From assembly GCA_951406725.2 (NCBI GenBank), contig OX597815.1:119040001-119104000 (forward strand): a stretch of 64,000 bases of DNA, read 5' to 3'. Position 1 is the first letter of the stretch. The number at the start of each line of letters is the position of its first letter. A model generated the notes under the pieces. It made no database searches, was not told the DNA's origin, and saw only the letters and a program-made list of their open reading frames with translations. Origin of the DNA: Octopus vulgaris (lineage: Eukaryota). Positions 47,292-60,000 of this stretch are shown here, one piece after another. The position numbers and the translations under genes were made by a program.

Positions 47292-48986
47292 AAGCTGTGC
47301 AAGCCTTGTACAGGGATGCTGTCAGTAAGGTTTGACAACAAGTATAATGAAGAATTCCAGGTAGTCGTAGGGGTCCACCAAGGATCAGTCCTCAGCCCCC
47401 TAGCCCCCTCTTATTCATCATAGTCCTCCAGGCAATAACAGAGGAATTCAAGACAGGATGCCCCTGGGAGCTCCTCTATGCTAATGACCTTGCTCTAATT
47501 GCTGAGTCACTATCAGAACTAGAGAAGAAGTTTCAGGTGTGGAAGCAAGGATTAGAATCGAAGGACCTTAGAGTCAACCTAGCTGAAACCAAAGTCTTAA
47601 TAAGTAGGAAGGCAGACAAACCACAAATCCCTTCAGGTTGATGACCCTGCTCGATCTGTAGAAAAGGCATAGGTAGAAACTCTATAAGCTATGGACACAT
47701 AAGAGGTGCAGCAATATCAAAGGAAGGCTAACTGGGAAGATAGTTTTTGTATGTAGCAAATGCTCAGGTGCTATAAACACTGAAAATGTGCAGAGAACAG
47801 CTTCTGTCACATTCCAGGGAGAAAAACTAGAAGTAGTTGATAGCTTCCATTACCTAGGTGACCAGGTCAGTAGCGGGAGTGGATGCTCTGAATGTGTAGC
47901 TGCTAGAATAAGAATAGCCTGGGCAAAGTTCAGAGAGCTCCTACCTCTGCTGGTGACAAAGGGCCTCTCGCTCAAAGTGAAAGGTAGACTGCATGACGCA
48001 TGTGTATGAACAGCCATGCTACATGGCAGTGAAACATGGGTTGTGTCTGCTGTGGACATGCATAAGCTTGCAAGGAATGAAGCCAGTATGCTTCGCTGGA
48101 TGTGTAATGTCAGTGTGCATATATGACAGAGTGTAAGCACCCTGAGAGAAATATTGGATTTAAGAAGCATCAGATGTGGTGTGCAAGAGAGACAACTGCA
48201 TTGGTATGGTCATGTGTTGCGAATGAATGAGGGCAGCTGTGTAATAAAGTGTCACGCCCTAGCGGTTGAGGGAACCTGTGGAAGAGGTAGACTCAGGAAG
48301 ACATGAGATGAGGTGGTGAAGCACGACCATCGAACATTGGGCCTTACCGAGGCAATGACTAGTAACTGAGACCTTTGGAGATATGCTGTGCTTGAGCAGA
48401 CTCTACAAGCCAAGTGAAATCATAACCCCTGGCCTATGCCAGTGGGTGTAACCAGCCCACTTGGACAATAAACTTTGCTTGTGAAGACCTGTTGAGGCAA
48501 GTGTAAATCAAAATCAAAATCGCTAATGTGGCCTATGACAGTACCGCCTGATTGGCACTCGCGCCAGTGGAACATTGAAAGCACCATCCGAGCGTGATCG
48601 TTGCAATGCCGGTGACATGTAAAAAGTACCATTCATGCATGATCATTGCCAGTGTCGCCTTACTGGAACATGTGCTGGTGGCACGTGAAAAACAACATTC
48701 GAGCATAGTCATTGCCAGTGCTGCTGAACTGGCTCCTGTGCAGGTGGCACGTAAAAAACACCTTTTGAGCATGGCTGTCACCAGAACCGCCTCACTGGTC
48801 CTTGTGCTGGTGGCACGTAAAAGCACCCACTACACTCTTGGAGTGGTTGGCATTAGGAAGGGCATCCAGTTGTAGAAACTTTGCCAGATCAGATTGGAGC
48901 CTGGTGCAGCCATTGGCTCTCCAGACCTCAGTCAAGCTGTCCAACCCATGCCAGCATGGAAAGCGGACGTTAAATGACAATGATAT

Positions 48987-49020
<34 letters not shown>

Positions 49021-52000
49021 GTGTGTGTGTGTGTCCGCCTTTGTGTCTATATTTGTCCCCCACCATCATCATTGTCATTTAACGTCCATTTTCCTTGCTA
49101 GCATGGGTTGGATGGTTTAACTGGAGTCCGGGGAGCCAGGAGGCTGCACCAGACTCCAGTCTGATCTGGCAGTGTTTTTACCACTGGATGCCCTTCCTAA
49201 CACCAACCATTCTGTGAGTGTAGTGAGTGCCTTTTACGTGCCACCGGCATGAGTATCACAACTACTATTTCCATTTGATTTTTATTTTGCTGTTGATGTA
49301 CTTGACTCAATAGGTCTCCTCAAGCACAGCAGGTTGCCCCACGATCCAAGGTAAGCACAACAGGCCGTCCTGCAATCCAAGGTACTTTGGATGGGCTGGG
49401 GCTGCTGTGTGAAGCTGGTGCAGGAAACAGCCATGAACTCACGTTATTTGTCAGGTCTTCGCAGTCACAGCATATCTCCAGTGGTCCCGGTCTTTCGTCA
49501 TTGCCTCTGAGAGGCCCAGCGTTCGAAGGTCATGCTTGATCACCTCATCCCATGTCTTCCTGTGTCTACCTCTACTCTGGATTCCTTCAACTGTTTGGGA
49601 GTGGCACTTCTTCACACATCTCTCCTCATCCACCGTAGTACATGACCATACCAGAGCAAATGTCTCTCTTGCATGCTACATCCGATGCTTCTTATGTCCA
49701 GCATTTCTCTCACTGCTTAACAATTGGTATTAGTGAGTTCATGTCAGTGTAACTTAGCAGTTCATAAAAAAAACTCAGACAGAATAAGTACCAGGCTTAA
49801 AAAATATAAATTAGTACAGGGGTTGATTCATTTGACTAAAACTTCTTCAAGGCAGGGCCCCAGCATGACTAAAAAAAAACAAAAAAACAAAACAAACAAA
49901 CTAAAAGATACTTCAATCCTATTTTGTTTACTTTCACGCAAACAAAGATATTTAATCATAAAAAGGAACAATAACAGTGTTATAACAAAACAGTATTTAA
50001 AATCTTTTAAAAATCTATTTTATTTGTCAGGTATCATCAGCCTCATCCTCCAGACACAGTCAGTCCTCCTGGAAAACTGAAGCGTTATCTTGTTGATAAT
50101 TGTGTACGTTTTGCAGAATCATATGAAAGATTCTTAGAAAAACGATATCCAAAAGTGTTTGAAGTCTACCGGATGTTTAAAGTTGGTAAGCCTTTTAAGT
50201 TCCTACTTCCTCTCTGAGTTAGAAACATATTACTACTTGACCATTGGTCATTAACACTGTCACCAATATTGATTTAAAATTTTGGCACAAGGCCAGCAAT
50301 TTTTGGGGAGGTGGGCAAGTCGATTACATCGATCCCCCCAGTGCACAACGGGTACTGTTTTTATGGACCCCCAAAAGGATGTGAAGCAAAGTCGATCTCC
50401 ACAGAATTTGAACTCAGATTGTAAAGACAGGCAAAATGCTTCTTAGCATTTTGCCTAGCATGCTAATGATTCTGCCAGCTTGCCACCTTAACAGTGTCAC
50501 CAATGCTATTTTGGATCCAATGAGCTACAGAGCTATGTCTGGTCTCAGTGTCAACTTTGGCATCATTTCTACACCTGGGTGCTCTTCTTGGTGCCAACTA
50601 TATTACAGTGTGTATTGGATGTTTTTTTCATGATTTTTGGCTTTAGTGAGATTGCAAAGTAACTTGCAACAGAAAGGAAAAGGCTGCCCCTCCACTCCAC
50701 TCAGCTGAGTGGGACTTTTTCCCTCACTAGTGCTAATGCCACCTAAAAGACAAAAACAACTTTATTTTGTTGATGTAAATAATTTTCTTCATCTTCTGCT
50801 CCCCCCGCAATATACTACTTTTTTTTTTATTATTTAATCCCCTATTATTCACCCATACACCACAGTGTGTGTTTTTGGTGGAATTCTTTGTAACTTGTGA
50901 TTTTTCTTCAAGTAAATTATAACTGTTTCTTCTATCCCTGTAAAAATAAATTAACTCACATGGCTTTACTTTTTCAGGTATCCGCGATTTTATTGCTGAC
51001 ACCAGAATGTATTATAATGTCACTACGGAGTTGTGGACAGGTAAAAGTCTAAACTGTTTTTCACGCAAGGAACTTGAAATTTATAAACAAGTGAGTATAT
51101 AAGTCACAAACAATTTAATCATCTTTTTGTCTTGTTATAAACAAGAATATCAATGTTGACATTTGTAAAGATCAAATAAATTGAATATATAGGTGCAGGA
51201 GTGGCAGTGTGGTAAGTAGGTTGCTTACCAACCACATGGTTCCAGGTTCAGTCCCACTGCATTGCACCTTGAGCAGGTGTCTTCTACTATAGCCTCGGGC
51301 CGACCAAAGCCCCGTGAGTGAATTTGGTAGATGGAAACTGAAAGAAGCCCATCGTATATATGTGTGTATGTATATATATATATATATATATATCTGTATC
51401 TGTGTGTATATGTTTGTGTGTCTGTGTTTGTCCCCCCAACATCGCTTGACAACCGATGCTGGTATGTTTATGTCCCTGTAACTTAGTGGTTCGGCAAAAG
51501 AGACTGATAGAATAAGTAAAAGAGATACAATCTTGTTTTTGACTTTTAGTTACAGCCACATCACATATATTGTAAATACCCACAAAAAAGATGGAGGTGT
51601 CACAGTTACAGTTCTCTTCTATAAATCTATAACTTTGTGCTTTTGTAAAGAATTAATGCTGTCTGGTTAATGAAGAGGGGCTGGCACATAAACATCATTA
51701 TTGTCATTCTTTTATGCTTGTTGTTCATCAAGATTCAGAACAGTTCTTTTTCAGAGTTGCTGTCCTCCTTGATAAGTTGGGGGAACCATGTCTCACCCAT
51801 ATGTTCTATTTTGAGCTTTGTATCTGCAGCTGGATACCCTTCATAAACTTTACTATGTCACAGAGTATATTGGGTTAATTTTATTGTAATATCAGCATTT
51901 AAAAGGTTATCATGTTCATTACAGGACTAAAAGCATCCACTTGACCTTAGACTGTCTCTCACCGACCACTTAACAGAGGTACATCTTGTTGTATTGCCAG

Positions 52001-55000
52001 TACTAGTGAAGTTGTCTTATAACCCATAAAGTGAAAGAAGCCTCAATACTCTATGTTGTTTCCATTCATTCTGAGTAATCTGCCCAGCTTGATCAATTGT
52101 TTGTAGTTTTATCATCCATTTTCAATGTTTCTTGAATTTGAATTACTCTGCATAGTCATTCCTTCATCATTATGAACCTGTCACCACTTTGTAACACACT
52201 CGATCTCAAATCCTGTCTTTTCATCCCTTATCTGTACCCCATATCTATTGTCCAGTCTACAACTTAACTCTGAAAGGTGTAGTGACTATGTATATGCAGA
52301 ATCCACTTTCCCAACCTGTCATCTCTTTCATCTGGTTATCGGCTATAAAGATTTCTAGTTATTCTGGCTCGAAAATCTCCTTCCCTTGCTCTTGTACATT
52401 CTTTTACTGCCTCTACTGTTCTCCAAACACCTCTAATGACCACCCTGCATTGAATTAATCTCACTCAATTCACTCCTGTTGAAAGTCATTGTTCTTTGTG
52501 ATTTCAATGTCAACAACTTTTCTCAACTCTCACATTTTTCCAATACAGTAGCCAAATCTTTTAAAATTCTGAACTTCTACAGTAATTAGTTTTGATACCA
52601 ACTCATATCCATCATCAACACACAAACTTCCCTAACACTTTTGAGGGCCTTCTCACCTCCAGACCCAACCTTTATCAAACTACCACCATCTCTACACCAA
52701 TTGGATAGGCCAAGCACTGTTACAGTGCTATGGTGGATAATCACAGTTATCCACTAGCCCTACTGCTTTTTAAGTCAATTAACTGTTCAGGGTTTGCCAG
52801 TTCCTGGTAGCAAAAAAGAATTAACTTTTGACCCATATTTCACTAAATGTTATTGCATAGACTGTCATTTCAGTAGCAGCTGCTGTTGTTGTTGTATCTC
52901 CTTAAAGTTTCTAATGTTTCATGACTTTATAAATTTGTTTATCTTCAGTATCCAAAAGATGTATGGAAGGTGTCTCCGACTTTGATAATCTCAGCTTTGC
53001 CCTTTGCTAACTATGTTGTATTTCCTATCGCGTAAGTGTTACTCAATAATTGTTTTATTCTGATTTTAAAAACTTAAAACAATCAATATGTCCATTATAA
53101 AAGTGTGCTTGTTCCAAAGTTTAGATTGATTTACATTTTATTGCTTTAAGTTCACATTATAAAAGCAAATCAAATCTAAATTGTAATCTAAACTTAGATT
53201 CTTCTGAGCAACTGTAGATGGTTCTGAAACATGGACACTGATAAAAGCCTTACAAAACTGATTGGTGATGCTTACACATGATCATTACAGCAGTACTCAT
53301 GTTGTCAGGGAGAAAACAGAACACTAATGGCAGTCTACCTCTAATAAAAGCAACATTGTGTCAACAAAAATTAAGCTTTATTAGTCACTGTTGAAGTAGG
53401 AAAGATGAGGTAGTATGTCAGTTATTGTTATGAAAGGCTGGTTAGTCTACATTACTTTGTAAGAAGCATAGGTTTGGTTTCCTAGTTTCTCTGGTGTATA
53501 TATTCCTTCTTGGATGGGATGCTAGTTTGTGGCAGGATTACTCATTTCTGTGAGCTGAGTGGACTGGAGCGGCATGAAATGAAATGTGTTGCTCAAGGAC
53601 ACAACACATCGCCTGGTCCAGGAATTGAAACCATAGTCTTACAATTGTTAGTCTGACACACTAATCACTCAGCCATGCACCTCCACACTGTGAAAGACTA
53701 CTCACAGCATAATAATCCAGAGGAAGATCTCACTAAGCATACATCGATCAACTGATACTAGGCAATGCAATACTTAGTTTGTGGGCTGGTACTATATTTT
53801 ATTGACTTTAAAAAGGTGAAAGGCAGAGTTGACCATGGTAGGATTTGAACTTAGAATGTTAAACGCCAGAAAATGTACTGCAAAGTGTTATTTACTTTTA
53901 GAAATATTTTAAAGATTCTGTCAGCTCTTCTTTAGAGTGAATTCTTTTTATTAAGATTTGAAATGGTAAACTATATGATATTCAGTGAAAATCAAGATCA
54001 AGCGAGCTTATGCCCTTTTGCTCGACATGTGGTTTCCGTCCACACTGAGCTCGCCTTGGGACACCTGCATTACCGTTTGACAGACGTATTTCTTAAAATT
54101 GTAGTTTGACAGAGTATTTCTAGTTGCTCTAGGAATGATTTACCATATTGTATAAAAACTGTGTACATGTCAATAGTTTACTTAATCTTCATATTGTTGT
54201 CATTTGTGTCAAACATAATTAGAATGGACACCGTTAGAAGAGATCAAAAAGCTTTTAATCAGCTGAAATTTGAAATTATATAATTTGCTCACTTGTCAAG
54301 GCTAAATCTTTTCTGTTCATTTGTCGCAACTATGTCTTTTTAATGTATGTGTTACATTCTTTCAATACAAATATTTTTGCTTCTACACACATGCACAGAC
54401 ATATCATCACCATTACCATCACCATCATCATCATCATCATCATCATCATGAGGTAATGTCCCTTTTTCCATGCTGGCATGAGATGGATGATTCAAAATAA
54501 ACTGATGAGCCAGAGGGCTACACCAAATTCCAAACTCTGCTTTGGCATGGTTTCTGCAGCTGGAAGCCTTTCCTAATGCCAACCACTTCATAGAGTGTAC
54601 TGAGTGCTTTTCCCATGGCACCAGCACTGGTGAGGTCACCAAGTACCCACAAAGCAAGACCTCCTCTACTGAATGGGGTCTAATATGGAGGGATTGAAAA
54701 TATGATGATGTTGATGATGATTTACACACAGACACATATATATTTCAATATATTTTTTTCTTTGATTAGGTACATGTACCCTAAATGGTTCCTTTCACCT
54801 CATTTTTGGTCAGACAAACATAAAGAAATGATATGGGGTGAGATACTTGCTAAGCGAATGAATCATTGTTCACCTGTTATTTATTACCTGGGATCACAAT
54901 GTCGGCATATGGACGAAGAAAACCCACTCAAAGAGAAGCTACAATTAGCTATTAGCAAAGTAAGAATTAATCTCAAATCTAACTTCTGTATTAAATGTTC

Positions 55001-55494
55001 AAAAATCAGCAGAGAACTCTTCTCCTTCCTGTATATTTCTTCAAAAACCTTTAAATTCTTAAGTTTCCATTCAGCCAAACCAGTTATTATCTTTCATTTT
55101 ACCTGTTTGGTTTAAGATATTCCTTTAGATTATGGGCAATGACCTTCCATTTTGAATACAAAATACAAGTATAAACATTAATGTTAATGTATCTTATTAG
55201 CATTACATGTAACAGATAAAAGTTCTTTATTTAAGAGATGAGAACATTATTTACATTTGACAGATATTTGTCCTCATCTTGTTTGTTGTTAACACAACAT
55301 TTCGGCTGATACACCCTCCAGCCTTCATCAGGTGTCTTGGGGAAATTTCGAACTTGGGTTCTCATTCCTAAGGTATTTTTCGATGTTATTATTATTATTA
55401 CTCAGAATTCGATTTGATTCCAGGCAGTGACCTGAATAATAATAATAATAGTAGTAGTAGTACTACTACTACTAATAATAATAATAACAATAAC

Positions 55495-55525
<31 letters not shown>

Positions 55526-56969
55526 TTGAAAAATATCTTAGGAATGAGAACCCAGGTTCGAAATTTCCCCAAGACACCTGATGAAGGCTGGAGGGTATAT
55601 CAGCCAAAACGTTGTGTTAACAACAAACAAGATGAGGACAACTGTTGACTTCAGCCACATTAAACATATACAAAATCAGTTATCAACTGGAATAACTAAA
55701 TTTCCAATTTTGCTGATGTGTTTAGTGTTGCAGTTACCTGTCTAAATTTATTAGTCATTACAGCTAATAAACATTTACTATTGTAATATGTTTTCAATAA
55801 TGAATATAATCATTATTTAGATGAGTAATTAAAAAAGTCCAGTATATTTGTGTTATTATTTGTCCTCTTTTCCTTTACAGCTGAAACAAACACATCAACT
55901 TACTGTAGATGAAATCTTAACCTTAAAACCACTTTTCGAAGATTACCCATGTCACATAAACAAAATTTCCATTGCTTATTTAGTAAGTACTTTTTTTTTT
56001 TAAGTATTGCAATTTATTTTGGGAAATTTGAATTTTTTTCACATTTCCTTTGTTGCCATAATTTCTTGTCAGTCAAATTTTGGGAAAATAAAAAGGAAAA
56101 TTCATTTTCAAAATAGTTGGGTATTATTGTGTGCATCATAAAAATGATAAACACATCACTTTCTGATAATCTGATTATATTCAGAAAGTGTCATTTCGCT
56201 TAGGTGCACTAATTTCCACTATCCATTCGTTCTTACTCCTTTTATTTCATACTCAAGCACAAAATTTTATATTCAGCAAGTTATAGTTAAAATTTTCAAG
56301 GGAGGTTACTCTATTACAGAGTATCGCTTCTTGCACAAGAAGACTTTTGCATTGCAAGTTTGAAATCGTGATGTCCAGAAAGATATATATATATATCATC
56401 ATCATTTAACGTCCGTTGTCCATGCTGGCATGAGTTGGACAGTTCGACAAGCTGGCACACTGGAAGGCTGCACCAGACTCTAGTCTGATTTGGCATAGTT
56501 TTCTATGGCTGGATGCCCTTCCTAATATCAACCACTCTGGGGGTGTAATGAGTGCATTTACGTTCCACCAGCACGGGTGCCATTTGTGTGACACTGGGGT
56601 GCTTTTATGTGCCACCAGCATGGGTGCCAATTGCGTGACATCGGTATCTTCCATGACTGCAATTGTGCTCAGCTTGATGGGTCTTCTCAAGCATGACATA
56701 ATGCCAAAGGTCTTGGTCATTTCCTCTATGAGACCCAACACTGGAAAGGAACTCATCCACTTTGCCTCCATGTGGCCCAACGCTTGTAAAGAACTCAACC
56801 ACTTTGCCTCTATAAGGCCCAACACTCCAAAGGTGTTCTTTACATGCCACCAGCACAAGTGCACTTGGCTTGAGGGGTCCTCTCAAGTGCAGCACATCGC
56901 CAAAGGTCTTGGCCACTAGTCATTGCCTTTGTGAAGTTCAGTTTGAAGATCATGCTTCACCACCGAGTT

Positions 56970-57009
<40 letters not shown>

Positions 57010-60000
57010 TATATATATGTATATATATATGGTGTAGGAGTGGCTGTGTGGTAAGTAGCTTGCTTATGAACCACATAGTTCCGGGTTCAGTCCCATTGCG
57101 TGGCACCTTGGGTAAGTGTCTTCTACTACAGCCTCGGGCCGACCAAAGCCTTGAGAGTGGATTTAGTAGACGGAAACTGAAAGAAGCCCGTCGTATATAT
57201 GTATATATATATATAGTTAATCCAAACATGAAAACACAAAGAGAAAACACAATAACGCAAGGACATGGAACAAATATAGTATTATTGGACGCTCAGGAAG
57301 GAAGGGACGAAGGAGGGTTTAACGTTTCGAGTGGAGCTCTTTGTCGGAAACATAGGAAAAGAAAAGATCCAGAGAAGGGAAGACAGAGGAAAAAAAAATC
57401 GCCAATGGTACACACGTGGTCACATGTGTGTGTATATGTTTGTGTGTCTGTGTTTGTCCCCCAACATCGCTTGACAACCAATGCTGGTGTGTTTACGTTC
57501 CCATAACTTAGCAGTTCAGCCTAAAAGATTGATAGAATAAGTACTAGGCTTACAAAGAATAAGTCCTGGGGTCGATTTGCTCGACTAAAGGCAGTGCTCC
57601 AGCATGGCCACAGTCAAATGACTGAAACAAGTAAAAGAGTATAACATTTGGGCATTGGTGCCTCATAAAATGTACTGGTGCTGGTTTCACAAGAGAAGTA
57701 CCTAGTACACTCTGTAAAATAGTTGGCATTAGGAAAGGCATCCAGGGAAACTATGCTAAAACAGACAGTGGAACCTGACCAGCTCCTGTCAAGCCATTCA
57801 ACCCATGCCAACCTGGAAACCACATTAAATTATGACAATGGTGGGTGTATGTTTGCGTTTTCTTGTCTAGGCATTGTGTGCTTGTTGTAAATGAGTACAA
57901 ATCATTTTCAATATCCTACAAAAGCATCTCTGGCCTTAGGATAATATTACCTTGCTTGGAAACAGGTAAGGGTTGGTGGCAGGGAGAGCATTTGGCCACA
58001 GAGAAATTTGCCTCAGTAAACTTTATCTGACCCATGCAAGCTTGGAAAAGTGGATGATCAAATGGTAATTATGATGGTTCATGTCAGATGTGGTGGCCAT
58101 GGTACAATGATACTTTTCCTGTTACTACAGATGCAGTTTATTATTCTTTTACTTGTTTCAGCCATTTGACTGCAGCCATGCTAGAGCACCGCTTTTAGTT
58201 AAGCAAACTGACCCCAGGACTTATTCTTTGTAAGCCTAGTACTTATTCTATTGGTCTCTTTTGCCGAACCACTAAGTTACAAGGATGTAAACACACCAGC
58301 ATCGGTTGTCAGGCAATGTTGGTGGGACAAACACAGACCCACAAACACACACACACACATATATACAATGGGCTTCTTTCAGTTTCCATCTATCAAATCC
58401 ACTCAGAATGCTTTGGTTGGCCTGAGGCTATAGAAGAAGACACTTGCCCAAGGTGCCATGCAATGGAACTGAACCCAAAACCATGTGGTTGGTAAGCAAA
58501 CTTCTTACCAAACAGCCGTACCTACACCTACATTATAAGTGCATATCATTTTCTCAATTCAAGCCCAATGAGATCAATGAGTTACTGGATGATATGTGCA
58601 ATGATGTGAACAGCTAGAATGTCGAAATTTATTTTCAGGTTTTCATAAAAGGTGAATGCATTGTGATTGTAAATGTGGAAGTTATACCTCATCATCATCA
58701 TCATCATTGTTTAACATCCGTTTTCCATGCTAGCATGGGTTGGATGGTTCGACTGGGGTTTGGAAAACCAGGAGGCTGCACCAGACTCCAATCTGATCTG
58801 GCAGTGTTTCTACAGCTGGATGCCCTTCCTAACGCCAACCCACTCCGTGAGTGTAGTGGGTGCTTTTTACGTGCCACTGGCACAGGGGCCAGAGGAGGCT
58901 GGTAACTGCCACAATCGGTTGGTGCTCATTACATGCCACCAGCATGGAAGCCAGCCAAAGCAGTGCTGGCATCAGCCACGTTTGGATGGTGCTTTTTACA
59001 TGCCACCGGCATGGGTATCACAACTACAACTTCCATATGATAGTTCTAATGTGGTCTGAGCTAAAACTAATATGTTTTGACTTTTAAGAGTTATCTTTGG
59101 AACAAGAATTTACACTTAAGGTTAATCCACATTGTTCTGTTTTTTTTTGTTTTATTTATTTATTTATTTATTTTATTACCTTTAGCAGTTCAATTTCTTT
59201 CACCCTTCTGTTCTCACTTTAATGATTCTCTTACTTTCCAGAGACAACTAGCTATGTGCAATGGACTTTCGATGCGCCGGTCAAAACTTGTGGACGATAC
59301 TCTTTTATTACATTATATAGACCTAGCTATGGGTCGAGAAGGTATTGAGAATCTTTCATCCCAAGATTTGGCCAAGGTTAGTACTAATTTATGTTAAACT
59401 GTCATTTCCACTCTTCCCCCTCTCTCTTCCCGTCTTCCTCCCCTCTCCCCCTTGTCATCGTCATCATCCTCTTCACCACAGTTAAGTGCATCAGATTCAT
59501 ATACCATGATAGATTAGTAGGAAAGAATGTAAAGAGTCTAATTAATAAACTTTTAACTCATATTTTAAACCCAGCCTATTTTGCTTGAGTCAGCTATAAG
59601 CAGTGTAAGATACACAGAGCCTGCAATGAAGCTAGTGTCTGTCCAACTGCTTATTACAGCTACTGGATCTGTCATGTAGTGTCACTTTTCATAAGACAGT
59701 ACACACTTTTTTCAGCCTATAAGACCTCATAGCGTTGTTATTAAAGCAGTATGAAAAATGATGTTGAACATTTCCATATATGACTTTAGAATCCATGCTG
59801 TTTAACCCTTTTGTTACCATATTTCTATTGAAATACACTGATTCAATTAAATTTTAGAATCATGAAGAATTTAGTAAAATAACTGTCATTATCAAAGTGA
59901 TGTTTGGAACATTTATCATGAAATTTTGATTTAGACCACTAAAACCAGAAGATTTTTTATGAAATCAAGACAAATTCATGACAGATGGCATAAAAAGGGT

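Larger units (their letters stand above)
55268..55641. mobile_element. Inverted pair of Penelope-type hammerhead terminal repeats around a collapsed tRNA-head centre
   Basis: Arms about 55268-55400 and 55505-55641 are reverse complements and match 13100-13230. The centre retains gattccaggcagtgacctgaataat. Confidence 0.85.
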
